Positions 1 to 8,283 of a DNA stretch of 24,000 nt are shown here, in pieces (the first letter of the stretch is position 1; each line of letters opens with the position of its first letter). The position numbers and the translations under genes were made by a program. The notes beneath the pieces are model-generated. The model ran no database searches, was not told the origin of the DNA, and saw only the letters and a program-made list of their open reading frames with translations. The stretch is from Clostridiales bacterium Firm_10 (GTDB lineage: Bacteria > Bacillota > Clostridia > Christensenellales > Aristaeellaceae), in the NCBI GenBank assembly GCA_001603025.1, contig LVAP01000090.1:6870-30869 (forward strand). The letters are read 5' to 3'.

Positions 1-2
1 CG

Positions 3-1934
3 CTTTCCAGCAACTCCTACGACTGGATCGAAATCTACAACGCCGCTCAGGGCACGCTGGATCTGTCCGGCTGGGGGCTGAGCGACAGCGCCGGCCGGCC
101 GCGCAAATGGCAGTTCCCTGCCGGCTCGAGCATCGGGCCGGGCGAATACATGCTCGTGTTCTGTTCCGGCCGCGACACGAAGTCCGGCAGCAATTACCAC
201 ACCAGCTTCGCGCTGGCCGCCGAGGGCGGCTACTCCGTGCTGCTGAGCGACCCGAACGGCACGGTGGTCGACCGCATGGCCGTCGACCGCCAGTACACCA
301 ACATCTCCTACGGGCGCTCCTATGGCGTGAGCGGCCTGCGCTACTTCCTGGAGCCCACCCCCGGCGCAGCCAACAACACCTACGGCTATACCGGCCGCGC
401 GCAGGAGGCCGTCTGCAGCGAGCCCGGCGGCCTGTACGACGCCGGCGAAAGCCTCACCGTGACCCTCAGCGCGCCGCAGGGCAGCACCATCTACTACACC
501 ACCGACTGCACGGAGCCGGACAACAGCTCCACGCCTTACACCAGCCCCATCGCCATCACCGACAACACCATCCTGCGCACCCGCGTGTATTCCGCCAGCG
601 AGATTCCCTCCGTGGTGTCCACGCACAGCTACTTCTTCGGCCTGAACCACACCATGCGCGTGGTCTCCCTGGTGACCGAGCCCGACAGCCTGTGGGATTT
701 CTACGAGGGCATCTACGTCAAGGGCCCCAACGCCTGGTCCGAAAAGCCATACGGCGCGAACAACCAGGGCGCGAACTTCTGGATGGACTGGGAGAAGCCC
801 GCCAACGTGGAGGTGTTCACCGCCGACGGCGAAACGCTGCTCTCCCAGGGCTGCGGCCTGAAGCTGCAGGGCCAGTACAGCCGCGCCGAGGAGCAGAAGG
901 CCTTCAAGCTCATCGCCCGCAGCGCCTACAGCGCGGACAACCGCTTCCACGCCCGCCTGTTCAGCCAGCGGCCGTACACCGAATACCAGTCCTTCATCCT
1001 GCGCGCCTCCGGCCAGGACAGCGGCCGCACCCGCGTGCGCGACGTGGTCCAGACTTCGCTGGCTGAAAACACGCGCGTGATGTATCAGGCCGCGGAGATG
1101 TGCGTGGTGTACCTCAACGGTGAATACTGGGGCCACTACAACATGCGCGAACGCATCAACAAATACTCCATCGCCCAGTGGGAAGGCTGGACCAGCGACC
1201 CGAACGACATCGACCTGGTGAAGGCCAACCGCAACGTGATGCAGGGCTCCAACGACACCTTCGAGGCGCTGCTCAACTGGATCAAGAAGGAAGGCGGCGC
1301 CACGGCCCGCTCCAAGAAAGAAACCCTCACCCAGGCTGATTACGACGCCATCCTCGAGCACATCTCCTCCGTGGTGGACGTGGACAACTACATCGACTAC
1401 GTCATCATCCAGGCCTACACCGGCAACACCGACCTGCTGAACGTGAAGCGCTACCGCAGCGCCAACGAGGACGGGCTGTGGCGCTGGATCCTGTTCGACA
1501 TGGACTGGGGCTTCCACTATCTGGACACCAACCAGGTGCGCCGCTGGCTCGACCCTGAAGGCGCCGGCTCCGGCAAGAAGACCGACAACACCCTCTTCGT
1601 GGAGCTGATGAAGAACCCGGCCATTCAGGACAGGTACCTGCGCCGGTTCAACGAGCTGTTCGTCTCCTCCTTCAACAGCGAGGCGGTCATGGCCAAGCTG
1701 GATAAGCTCTATGCCCAGCTTGAGCCGGAGATCGACCAGCACCTGCGGCGCTGGAACGTCAGCCGCCGGGTGTTCGACAGCGAGTGGGCCGAGCTGCGCG
1801 ACCTGGTGGTGCGCCGCCCGCGCTACGTGATGAACTACATCCAGGAAACCTTCACCCTCTCCGACGCGCAGATGCAGGATTATTTCGGCGATTCGCTGCG
1901 CATCATCGAAGACTACGAGAAGGCGCACAGCTGA
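3..1934 (+). CDS. CotH kinase family protein with N-terminal lamin-tail domain (5' end outside window)
   Basis: The frame of the 150..1934 ORF stays open to the window edge. Upstream codons read SSYDWIEIYNAAQGTLDLSGWGLSD..PGEYMLVF, an LTD-like pattern. Next comes IYYTTDCTEPDNSSTPYTSPIAI, which resembles a chitobiase/hexosaminidase C-terminal-like module. The CotH-like core follows (YLNGEYWGHYNMRERINKYS, LFDMDWGF). Stop TGA at 1932-1934. Confidence 0.85.
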   Translation, partial: LSSNSYDWIEIYNAAQGTLDLSGWGLSDSAGRPRKWQFPAGSSIGPGEYMLVFCSGRDTKSGSNYHTSFALAAEGGYSVLLSDPNGTVVDRMAVDRQYTNISYGRSYGVSGLRYFLEPTPGAANNTYGYTGRAQEAVCSEPGGLYDAGESLTVTLSAPQGSTIYYTTDCTEPDNSSTPYTSPIAITDNTILRTRVYSASEIPSVVSTHSYFFGLNHTMRVVSLVTEPDSLWDFYEGIYVKGPNAWSEKPYGANNQGANFWMDWEKPANVEVFTADGETLLSQGCGLKLQGQYSRAEEQKAFKLIARSAYSADNRFHARLFSQRPYTEYQSFILRASGQDSGRTRVRDVVQTSLAENTRVMYQAAEMCVVYLNGEYWGHYNMRERINKYSIAQWEGWTSDPNDIDLVKANRNVMQGSNDTFEALLNWIKKEGGATARSKKETLTQADYDAILEHISSVVDVDNYIDYVIIQAYTGNTDLLNVKRYRSANEDGLWRWILFDMDWGFHYLDTNQVRRWLDPEGAGSGKKTDNTLFVELMKNPAIQDRYLRRFNELFVSSFNSEAVMAKLDKLYAQLEPEIDQHLRRWNVSRRVFDSEWAELRDLVVRRPRYVMNYIQETFTLSDAQMQDYFGDSLRIIEDYEKAHS

Positions 1935-1951
1935 AGTTTTACAAAACGTCA

Positions 1952-1980
1952 TTGACACCCGGGCGCGTCTGTGCTAAGAT
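1952..1980 (+). promoter_or_regulatory. sigma-A type promoter of the tyrS T-box operon
   Basis: TTGACA (1952-1957), exact 17-nt spacer, TAAGAT (1975-1980), directly upstream of the T-box leader. Confidence 0.75.
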
Positions 1981-1984
1981 ATCA

Positions 1985-2240
1985 TCAATATATGGCTGTG
2001 ACGGGAACAAGTACGCCCGCGCCAACGCCTTCCAGAGAGCCTCCGGCCGGTGCGAGGAGGCAGGCAGCGCCCGCGGAATACCTCCCCGAGCCGGACACCG
2101 AACGGCGGAAACGCCTGGTAGGCTGTCCCGGGTGCGCCCGTCAGCGCGCGCGAGAGGCCGGAAGCTTTTCCGGCGAAAAGAAGTGGTACAGCGGTCCCAT
2201 ATCGCCTTCTCCCTCCTGCGGGAGAGGGCGGTTTTTTTCA
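1985..2240 (+). promoter_or_regulatory. T-box riboswitch leader, tyrosine specifier (UAC)
   Basis: Stem I elements: AGTA (2010-2013), AGAGAG (2034-2039), GGTGCGAG distal loop. GAA-TAC specifier context with TAC at 2079-2081. Stem III GCCGGAA/TTCCGGC (about 2158-2174). T-box core AAGTGGTACAGCGG (2181-2194); the UGGU would pair with a tRNA 3'-ACCA end. Terminator at 2203-2238. The downstream gene is tyrS. Confidence 0.9.
2203..2238 (+). terminator. T-box attenuator (intrinsic terminator)
   Basis: CGCCTTCTCCC (2203-2213), 6-nt loop, GGGAGAGGGCG (2220-2230). This gives 11 bp with one G-U pair, followed by G and T7 (2232-2238). Confidence 0.9.
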
Positions 2241-2336
2241 GTCGTTTTTTCCCTCAGCCGCGGACCATCGCCGGCCGGGCGCTTCGGGCGGGGAAACGGC
2301 ATCAGCATTTGATTATTTTAAAGGAGTGATTTTCCC

Positions 2337-3575
2337 ATGAGCAACGCAATGGACATCCTGCGCGAGCGCGGCTTCATCAAGCAGGTCACCTTTGAGGAGG
2401 ACCTCTACAAGGCCTTCGACCAGGGTATGGTCACCTTCTACACCGGCTTCGACCCCACCGCAGATTCGCTGCACATCGGCCATTACATCCCGATCATGGC
2501 CATGGCCCACCTGCAGCGCGCCGGACACAAGCCCATCGCGCTGATGGGCGGCGGCACCGGCATGATCGGCGACCCCTCCGGCAAGAGCGACCTGCGCAAG
2601 GTGCTCACCGTGGAGGACATCGACAGCAACGTAGCCCACATCAAAGCCCAGATGGAGCGCTTCCTGGACTTCGACGAGAGCAAGAAGAACTGCGCCCTCA
2701 TCGTGAACAACGCCGACTGGCTGCGCGACCTCAACTACATCGGCTTCCTGCGCGATGTGGGCGCGCTGTTCAGCGTCAACCGCATGCTCACCGCCGAGTG
2801 CTACAAGCAGCGGCTGGAGCGCGGCCTCACCTTCCTGGAGTTCAACTACATGCTCATGCAGAGCTATGACTTCCTGGAGCTGAACCACCGCTACGGCTGC
2901 ATCCTGCAGACCGGCGGCGACGACCAGTGGAGCAACATGCTCTCCGGCGCGGACCTCATCCGCCGCAAGGACGGCAAGGACGCCTTTGCCCTCACCTTCC
3001 AGCTGCTGCTCACCCACGACGGCCGCAAGATGGGCAAAACCGAGAAGGGCGCCCTGTGGCTTGATCCCGACAAGTGCAGCCCCTACGATTTCTACCAGTA
3101 CTGGCGCAACGTGGACGACGCGGACGTGAAGAAGTGCCTGGGTCTTCTCACCTTCCTGCCCATGGACGAGGTCAACCGCCTGGGCGCCCTGGAGGGCAGC
3201 GCCATCAACGACGCCAAGCGCGTTCTCGCCTTCGAGGTGACCAAGAACGTGCACGGTGAGGAAGAGGCCGTCAAGGCGCAGCAGGCCGCCGAGGCGCTGT
3301 TCGGCGGCGGCGCGGCGGGGGGGTCCATTCCTACCACCACGCTCACCGAGGCCGACCTGGCTCAGGAAAACCGCCTGCTGGCGCTGGTGGCGAAGTGCGG
3401 GCTGTGCAAGTCCAACGGTGAAGCCCGCAAGACCATCCAGCAGGGCGGCCTGTACATCGGCGAGGAAAAGGTTTCGGACGTGGAATTCCGCGTGACGGCG
3501 GATATGCTGAAGGGCGAAGGCCTGCTCATCCGCAAGGGCAAGAAGGCCTATCACCGCTTCCAGCTGGCCGAATAA
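2337..3575 (+). CDS. tyrS: tyrosine--tRNA ligase
   Basis: 412 aa. HIGH motif (LHIGHY), KMSKS-type motif (KMGKT), C-terminal S4-like region. RBS AAAGGAG at 2320-2326. Tyr T-box upstream. Confidence 0.97.
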   Translation: MSNAMDILRERGFIKQVTFEEDLYKAFDQGMVTFYTGFDPTADSLHIGHYIPIMAMAHLQRAGHKPIALMGGGTGMIGDPSGKSDLRKVLTVEDIDSNVAHIKAQMERFLDFDESKKNCALIVNNADWLRDLNYIGFLRDVGALFSVNRMLTAECYKQRLERGLTFLEFNYMLMQSYDFLELNHRYGCILQTGGDDQWSNMLSGADLIRRKDGKDAFALTFQLLLTHDGRKMGKTEKGALWLDPDKCSPYDFYQYWRNVDDADVKKCLGLLTFLPMDEVNRLGALEGSAINDAKRVLAFEVTKNVHGEEEAVKAQQAAEALFGGGAAGGSIPTTTLTEADLAQENRLLALVAKCGLCKSNGEARKTIQQGGLYIGEEKVSDVEFRVTADMLKGEGLLIRKGKKAYHRFQLAE

Positions 3576-3576
3576 C

Positions 3577-4215
3577 ATGGCGCTGGCAAGCTACAAAACG
3601 CTGATGAAGCGGGCCGAGGACGAATTCATCGTCAACAAATCCCGCTTCATCGGCCATGGCTGTCCCGTGGAGAGCGAGGAGGCGGCGCTGGCGTTTCTCT
3701 CGGAGATGAGAGAGGCCTACAGGGACGCCTCCCACAACTGCTATGCCTATATCATCGGCGCGAACATGGGCGTGATGCGCTACAGCGACGACGGCGAACC
3801 CGGCGGCACCGCGGGCATGCCCATCATCGAGGTGATGAAAAACCGCGGCGTGACCAACGCCTGCGTGGTGGTGACGCGCTATTTCGGCGGCGTTCTGCTC
3901 GGCGCGGGCGGACTGGTCCGCGCCTACACCCAGGGCGCGGCCATGGCCGTCAACGCCTGCGGCGTGGGCGTGATGCACCCCACCGCCCGCTATCTGATGG
4001 ACGTCCCCTATCCCCTGCTCAGCCGCGTGGAGTATTTCTTCAAATCCGCGCCGGCCGCCATCGAGGGCAAGGATTTCTCCGACGTGATCACCTTCACCTT
4101 CCTCGTGAAAACGCAGGATGAAGCCGCCCTCCTGAACGACCTGACCCAGCTCTCCGAAGGCCGGCTGGAACCCATGCGCTTCGAGGAGATATACAGCGCG
4201 TGGCGGGAAGAATAA
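3577..4215 (+). CDS. YigZ / IMPACT (UPF0029) family protein
   Basis: 212 aa. Family-typical SRFIGH, SHNCYAYI and DDGEPGGTAGMPI motifs. The start is 1 nt after the tyrS stop, which suggests translational coupling. Confidence 0.88.
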   Translation: MALASYKTLMKRAEDEFIVNKSRFIGHGCPVESEEAALAFLSEMREAYRDASHNCYAYIIGANMGVMRYSDDGEPGGTAGMPIIEVMKNRGVTNACVVVTRYFGGVLLGAGGLVRAYTQGAAMAVNACGVGVMHPTARYLMDVPYPLLSRVEYFFKSAPAAIEGKDFSDVITFTFLVKTQDEAALLNDLTQLSEGRLEPMRFEEIYSAWREE

Positions 4216-4218
4216 AAC

Positions 4219-4731
4219 ATGTATAACCGCATTCTCATCATCGGCTCCTGCGGGAGCGGAAAAAGCACATTGGCCCGATCGCTTCACCAGGCGACCGGGC
4301 TTCCTGTCGTTCACCTGGACGCGCTCCACTGGCTGCCCGGCTGGACGGAACGCCCGAGGGACGAATTTGACGCCCTCCTCACGGCAGAGCTTCAAAAGCC
4401 CCGCTGGATCATAGACGGCAACTTCAGCCGCACGCTGCCCCTGCGCCTCCATTACTGCGACGCCGTGATCTGGCTGGATTACAACCGCTTCGTCTGCCTG
4501 TGGGGCGTGGTCAGGCGCGTGCTTTCCAGCCATGGCCGCACCCGGCCGGACATGGGGCCCGGCTGCCCAGAGCGGTTCGACTGGGATTTTATGAAATACG
4601 TGTGGCACTTCAACGGGAACAACCGGAAGAAGCTTGAGTCACTGCTGAACGGGACGCCAGGCATGGCCGTGTTCCGCATAAAGAACCGCCGCGCCCTGCG
4701 CCGCCTCACCCGCGAATGGGCAAGGAAATGA
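4219..4731 (+). CDS. P-loop NTPase / adenylate-kinase-like protein (topology modulation protein-like)
   Basis: 170 aa. N-terminal Walker A ILIIGSCGSGKSTLA. Size and layout match small AAA/adenylate-kinase-like kinases. The start is 3 nt after the preceding stop. Confidence 0.75.
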   Translation: MYNRILIIGSCGSGKSTLARSLHQATGLPVVHLDALHWLPGWTERPRDEFDALLTAELQKPRWIIDGNFSRTLPLRLHYCDAVIWLDYNRFVCLWGVVRRVLSSHGRTRPDMGPGCPERFDWDFMKYVWHFNGNNRKKLESLLNGTPGMAVFRIKNRRALRRLTREWARK

Positions 4732-4877
4732 CCCCCGGCCGCCTTGCGGCGACAGCCCCTTCCTTTCAGTGGGCCTGGTTGGCCCCGTGCCGTTCCTGCC
4801 CTCAAATTCGATTCCTGATTTCAAAAAAGCTTGTAACGAATCACAGCTTTCCGCCACTAAATGCGCGAAAGGAGGTG

Positions 4878-5381
4878 ATGAGGTTGGCAGAAGACTTCGA
4901 CGCGGTATACAAGGAACACTACCGGCTGGTATACCGTTTTGCCCTCCGGCTGTGCGGCCAGGCGCAGCTTGCCGAAGAAATCGCCCAGGAGACCTTCTAC
5001 CAGGCCCTGCGCGGGTGGGGCAAATTCCGCGGCGACAGCAGCCTGGCCACCTGGCTGTGCGGCATCGCCAAGCGGGTGTACTGGACGAACGTGAAGCAGC
5101 CGCGGCACCTTCCGCTGAATGAGGAGGCCCAGCACGCCCAGATGCCGGACGTCGCGGAGGCGCTGGTGGCGGGCGACCGCCGGATGACCGCCCAGCGGGT
5201 GCTGCACAGCCTGGACGAGCCCTACCGTGAGGTGTTCACGCTGCGCACGTTCTGCGACCTCAGTCACGCGGAAATCGGCAGCCTGTTCGGGCGCACGGAA
5301 AACTGGTCGCGGGTGACCTACTACCGGGCGCGGCAGCTGCTGCAAAAAGCCATGGAGGAGGCGGATGAGCATGAAGAATAA
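4878..5381 (+). CDS. RNA polymerase sigma-70 family ECF sigma factor
   Basis: Region 2 (YRLVYRFALRLCG..AEEIAQETFYQALR) and region 4 (YREVFTLRTFCDLSHAEIGSLFGRTENWSRVTYYRARQ). RBS GGAGG at 4871-4875. ATG 4878 lies very close to the RBS, so TTG 4884 in the same frame is an alternative start. The 4716 start in the ORF track is probably an over-extension. Confidence 0.88.
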   Translation: MRLAEDFDAVYKEHYRLVYRFALRLCGQAQLAEEIAQETFYQALRGWGKFRGDSSLATWLCGIAKRVYWTNVKQPRHLPLNEEAQHAQMPDVAEALVAGDRRMTAQRVLHSLDEPYREVFTLRTFCDLSHAEIGSLFGRTENWSRVTYYRARQLLQKAMEEADEHEE

Positions 5382-6240
5382 CTGCGACATGGCCCGGGAC
5401 CTGATGCCCCTGACCATCGACGGGGTGGCCAGCGAGGCCAGCCAGACCTATGTGAACGAACACCTGGAGGAGTGCGAAGCCTGCCGGGCCTATCTGGCAG
5501 GCATGAAGGCGTCGCTGCAGATGGACTCCCGGCAAGCGGCGCAGGAGCGCCGGTCCTTCGGGGAGACGGCGGCGCGGATGCGGCGCAGGCGCGTCATGCG
5601 GAAGCTCCTCACTGCGGTGATCATTTTCGCCGCAGCCACCGCCGCGCTGTATATGGCCGTCTATATGCACAGCGCCTATAACACCACGCCAGTCGCGCTG
5701 GCCCCCGGCGAATACAGCGTCCAGCTTTCGCAGCTCAAGGACGGCCGCGTCATCATGACGACGAAGACCTACGGCAAGCGCATCGTGAATCTCTTCGTCA
5801 CGGATCGATCCGACGGGAACGGCGGACGCATCGCCCGCGTCACGCTCGTGTCCACGCGCGGAAGCAGGGGCTGGATGGACGAGATGAGGATCATCGAATT
5901 GCCCTCGGTTCAAGGCTATCAGGCCGTCGAGTACGGCGAGGACAGGCCCGCGACGCTCTGGACGCGCGGCGAAGCGATCGAACCCGCCTCCGCCGAGATG
6001 GAGGCCTACTACAAGGCGCTCGGCGAGCTCGAGGCCTTCGACCGCGAGGTGGAAAAGCGGCACGTCATCGAAATGGCGGAGAAAGGCGACTATGGCGAAA
6101 CCTACCAGCTGACGCCCGAGGAGGCCGCCAGGCGCTATGACCTTGCGGAGGCGCTGCGCGCCGCGAAGGACCGGGTGCCGGAATGGATCAGCGGCAACAA
6201 AGGGCGGTTCGCCACCCCCACCCCAGGGCCCATGGGCTGA
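5365..6240 (+). CDS. anti-sigma factor (zf-HC2 type), single-pass membrane protein with uncharacterised extracytoplasmic domain
   Basis: N-terminal H-x3-C-x2-C (HLEECEAC). One hydrophobic span (LLTAVIIFAAATAALYMAVYM). Overlaps the sigma gene stop by 17 nt. RBS GGAGGAGG at 5354-5361. ATG 5371 is an alternative start. Confidence 0.8.
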   Translation: MSMKNNCDMARDLMPLTIDGVASEASQTYVNEHLEECEACRAYLAGMKASLQMDSRQAAQERRSFGETAARMRRRRVMRKLLTAVIIFAAATAALYMAVYMHSAYNTTPVALAPGEYSVQLSQLKDGRVIMTTKTYGKRIVNLFVTDRSDGNGGRIARVTLVSTRGSRGWMDEMRIIELPSVQGYQAVEYGEDRPATLWTRGEAIEPASAEMEAYYKALGELEAFDREVEKRHVIEMAEKGDYGETYQLTPEEAARRYDLAEALRAAKDRVPEWISGNKGRFATPTPGPMG

Positions 6241-6268
6241 AAGGTCTTCCAAATGCTCGGCATAACCC

Positions 6269-6306
6269 CGCCGGGTATCCGTTCGCGGATACTCCGGCGT
6301 TCTTTT
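6269..6306 (+). terminator. intrinsic terminator after the sigma/anti-sigma pair
   Basis: CGCCGGGTATCCG, loop TTC, CGGATACTCCGGCG (one bulge), followed by TTCTTTT. Confidence 0.75.
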
Positions 6307-6345
6307 ATGCAAACGTTCATAAATTGTTCATCAACATCCCATCAT

Positions 6346-6374
6346 TTGACAACATACCCGGGGTAAAATATTAT
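6346..6374 (+). promoter_or_regulatory. sigma-A type promoter of the ABC/GldG-like/truA operon
   Basis: TTGACA (6346-6351), 17-nt spacer, TATTAT (6369-6374), in an AT-rich stretch. Confidence 0.7.
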
Positions 6375-6453
6375 ATGGAATAAAAAAACGTCTCACCGTG
6401 AAAGCCCGTCTTCCACGCCACCGTCAATAATTCACATCCGGGAGGGATTTGTC

Positions 6454-7401
6454 TTGATTCATGTGCAGAACCTCGAAAAGAACTACGACGGCAAGCCTGC
6501 CCTGCGCGGCCTGTCGCTGACCGTGCGCAAGGGCGAAATCGTCGCCCTCACCGGCCTCGCCGGCGCGGGCAAAACCACCGCCATGGACATCATCGCCGGC
6601 GTCGCCGAGCCCGACAGGGGCACGGTGGAAATCAGCGGCCTCGCGCTGGACAGCGAAACCAGCCGCGCCCGCCAGCTGGTGGGCTACGTGCCCGCCGAGC
6701 CGGCCGCCCCCCGCGACATGTCGCCCCGGGCATATCTCAAATTCCTGGCCGACGCCCGCGGCCTGTCCTCGCGGGACGCGTCCGACAGGATCGACGCCGC
6801 CCTCGCGCTGCTGGGCGTGCGCGATGTATCCGAAAAATCCATGCGCCGCCTGAGCCGCGGCGCGCTGCAGCTCGTCAGCATCGCCCAGGCCGCCTTCTTC
6901 GGCCCGGACGCGCTGCTCATCGACGAACCCACGCAGGGCCTTGATCCCAGGGAGACCGTGACGCTGCGCGAGGCGATCAGGGAGATCTCGAAGGATCGCG
7001 CCGTGCTGCTGGCCAGCCGCAACCTCACCGAGATGTGCGCGCTGTGCGACCGCGTACTGGTGCTGGACAAGGGCCGCGTCGTGTCCGAGGGCACGCCGGA
7101 CCAGCTGCACAACATGACCCGCGCGGGCGACACCGTGCGCCTCGTGCTCTGCGCGGAGGAAGCTGCCGCCAGGGCCGCCGTCGCCGGCGTGAAGGACGTG
7201 GAAATCAAAGGCGCCGAGCCTGCCCCGGAGGGCACGGCCCTCACCGTGAAGATGAACGGAGACCGCCGCGCCGCGCTGACCGAAGCTGTCGTGAAGGCCG
7301 GCGTGCCGCTCGTGGAGCTGGCCGCCGCCCGGCTGCCGCTGAACGCCCTGCTGGAAAGCCTGGTCTCAGAGCGCGTTGAAGGGGGCAGTGAGGAGGCATG
7401 A
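6454..7401 (+). CDS. ABC transporter ATP-binding protein (ABC-2 / GldA-like) with non-canonical catalytic motifs
   Basis: 315 aa. TTG start with GGAGGG RBS at 6441-6446. Walker A GLAGAGKTT and Walker B LLIDEP are present. The Q-loop reads VPAEP, the signature reads LSRGALQ and the H-loop position reads ASR. There is a C-terminal extension of about 90 aa. Confidence 0.9.
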   Translation: MIHVQNLEKNYDGKPALRGLSLTVRKGEIVALTGLAGAGKTTAMDIIAGVAEPDRGTVEISGLALDSETSRARQLVGYVPAEPAAPRDMSPRAYLKFLADARGLSSRDASDRIDAALALLGVRDVSEKSMRRLSRGALQLVSIAQAAFFGPDALLIDEPTQGLDPRETVTLREAIREISKDRAVLLASRNLTEMCALCDRVLVLDKGRVVSEGTPDQLHNMTRAGDTVRLVLCAEEAAARAAVAGVKDVEIKGAEPAPEGTALTVKMNGDRRAALTEAVVKAGVPLVELAAARLPLNALLESLVSERVEGGSEEA

Positions 7402-8282
7402 AAGCCGTATTCCGCAAAGAACTGCGCGCGCTGCTGGGCGGCCTGACCGGCTGGGGCGGCCTTGCCGTGCTGCTGGCCGCCGCGGGCGCCTCCGTCTTCT
7501 TCGTGAACGTGCGGGGCCAGAGCCCGCTCTTCGCCGATAACATCCTCTGGATCGCCCTGGGCATGGCGCTCGCCTGCGGCCTCATGGCCGCGAACGCCTT
7601 CCCCGGCGAGCGTGCGGCGCACACCGACCGCGCGCTCTTCGCGCTGCCCGTGAAGAGCGGCGCCGTGTTTGGAGGCAAGCTGCTGGCGCGGCTGGCGATG
7701 GCGCTCATCGGCTGCGCGCTGCTGGCGTTGTATCCCATCGCGTTCAGCCTGGCCGTGCCCTCGGCCACCATGGGCGAAGGGCTGGGCTGCGTGCTGGCCG
7801 TATGCGCGCTGGGCGTGCTGTTCATGAGCGCCGCGGTGTGCTGCTCCGCCTTCTCCCGCAACGCCGTGACCGCCTTCATCGTGTACGCCGCGCTGGTTGT
7901 GCTCTCCTACTTCCTGCCGGAGCTGGCGAAGCGCGTTGAGGCCCTCACCGCGCTGACCCCCTTCACGCTGATCCTGATGCCCGCGCTGGCCGGCGCGGTG
8001 GCCTGGACCGTGTTCAACGATGTGCTGACCGGCTTCATCGCCGCCGCCATCGTGGAAGTCCCCGTGCTGCTGAACCACCTGCGCGGCAGCGACAGCGCCG
8101 TGTTCGCCTTCATCGGGCGCGCGATGCGCGCGGCGTCCGTGTTCGAGCCCCTGCCGCTGTTCGCCAACGGCATCCTTGACCTGTCCGCCGTGATCTTCTG
8201 GCTGACCGCCGCCCTGCCGTTCATCGCGGCCGGCATGCTGGCCGTCGCCGCCCGCCGTCAGGCCAAAAGGAGGGCGCTGTGA
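7398..8282 (+). CDS. ABC-2 type transporter permease (multi-pass membrane protein)
   Basis: 294 aa, highly hydrophobic with about 6 predicted spans. ATGA start/stop overlap with the ATPase gene. RBS GAGGAGG. Confidence 0.85.
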   Translation: MKAVFRKELRALLGGLTGWGGLAVLLAAAGASVFFVNVRGQSPLFADNILWIALGMALACGLMAANAFPGERAAHTDRALFALPVKSGAVFGGKLLARLAMALIGCALLALYPIAFSLAVPSATMGEGLGCVLAVCALGVLFMSAAVCCSAFSRNAVTAFIVYAALVVLSYFLPELAKRVEALTALTPFTLILMPALAGAVAWTVFNDVLTGFIAAAIVEVPVLLNHLRGSDSAVFAFIGRAMRAASVFEPLPLFANGILDLSAVIFWLTAALPFIAAGMLAVAARRQAKRRAL

Positions 8283-8283
8283 T

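Noticed and set aside
1784-2329. ORFs 1784-2329 and 1971-2312 spanning the tyrS upstream region.
   Set aside because: The region is fully explained by a promoter and a canonical T-box leader with its terminator. The translations are Arg/Pro/Ala-rich nonsense.
2313-3578. 421-aa ORF antisense to tyrS. There are similar long antisense or alternative-frame ORFs at 107-1066, 3526-4608 and 5260-6312.
   Set aside because: These are typical shadow ORFs of a genome with about 65% GC. The translations are Ala/Gly/Arg/His-rich low-complexity strings with no motifs. The opposite-strand or other-frame genes have unmistakable family signatures and proper RBSs.
4574-4580. GGTTCGA, a tRNA T-arm-like string.
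   Set aside because: It lies inside the P-loop kinase CDS, and the flanking sequence cannot form a cloverleaf.
4838-4846. The heptamer GAATCAC upstream of the sigma gene also occurs twice in the hpf leader. I considered a shared operator.
   Set aside because: A 7-mer is expected about 3 times by chance in 24 kb counted on both strands, and there is no extended similarity around the copies.
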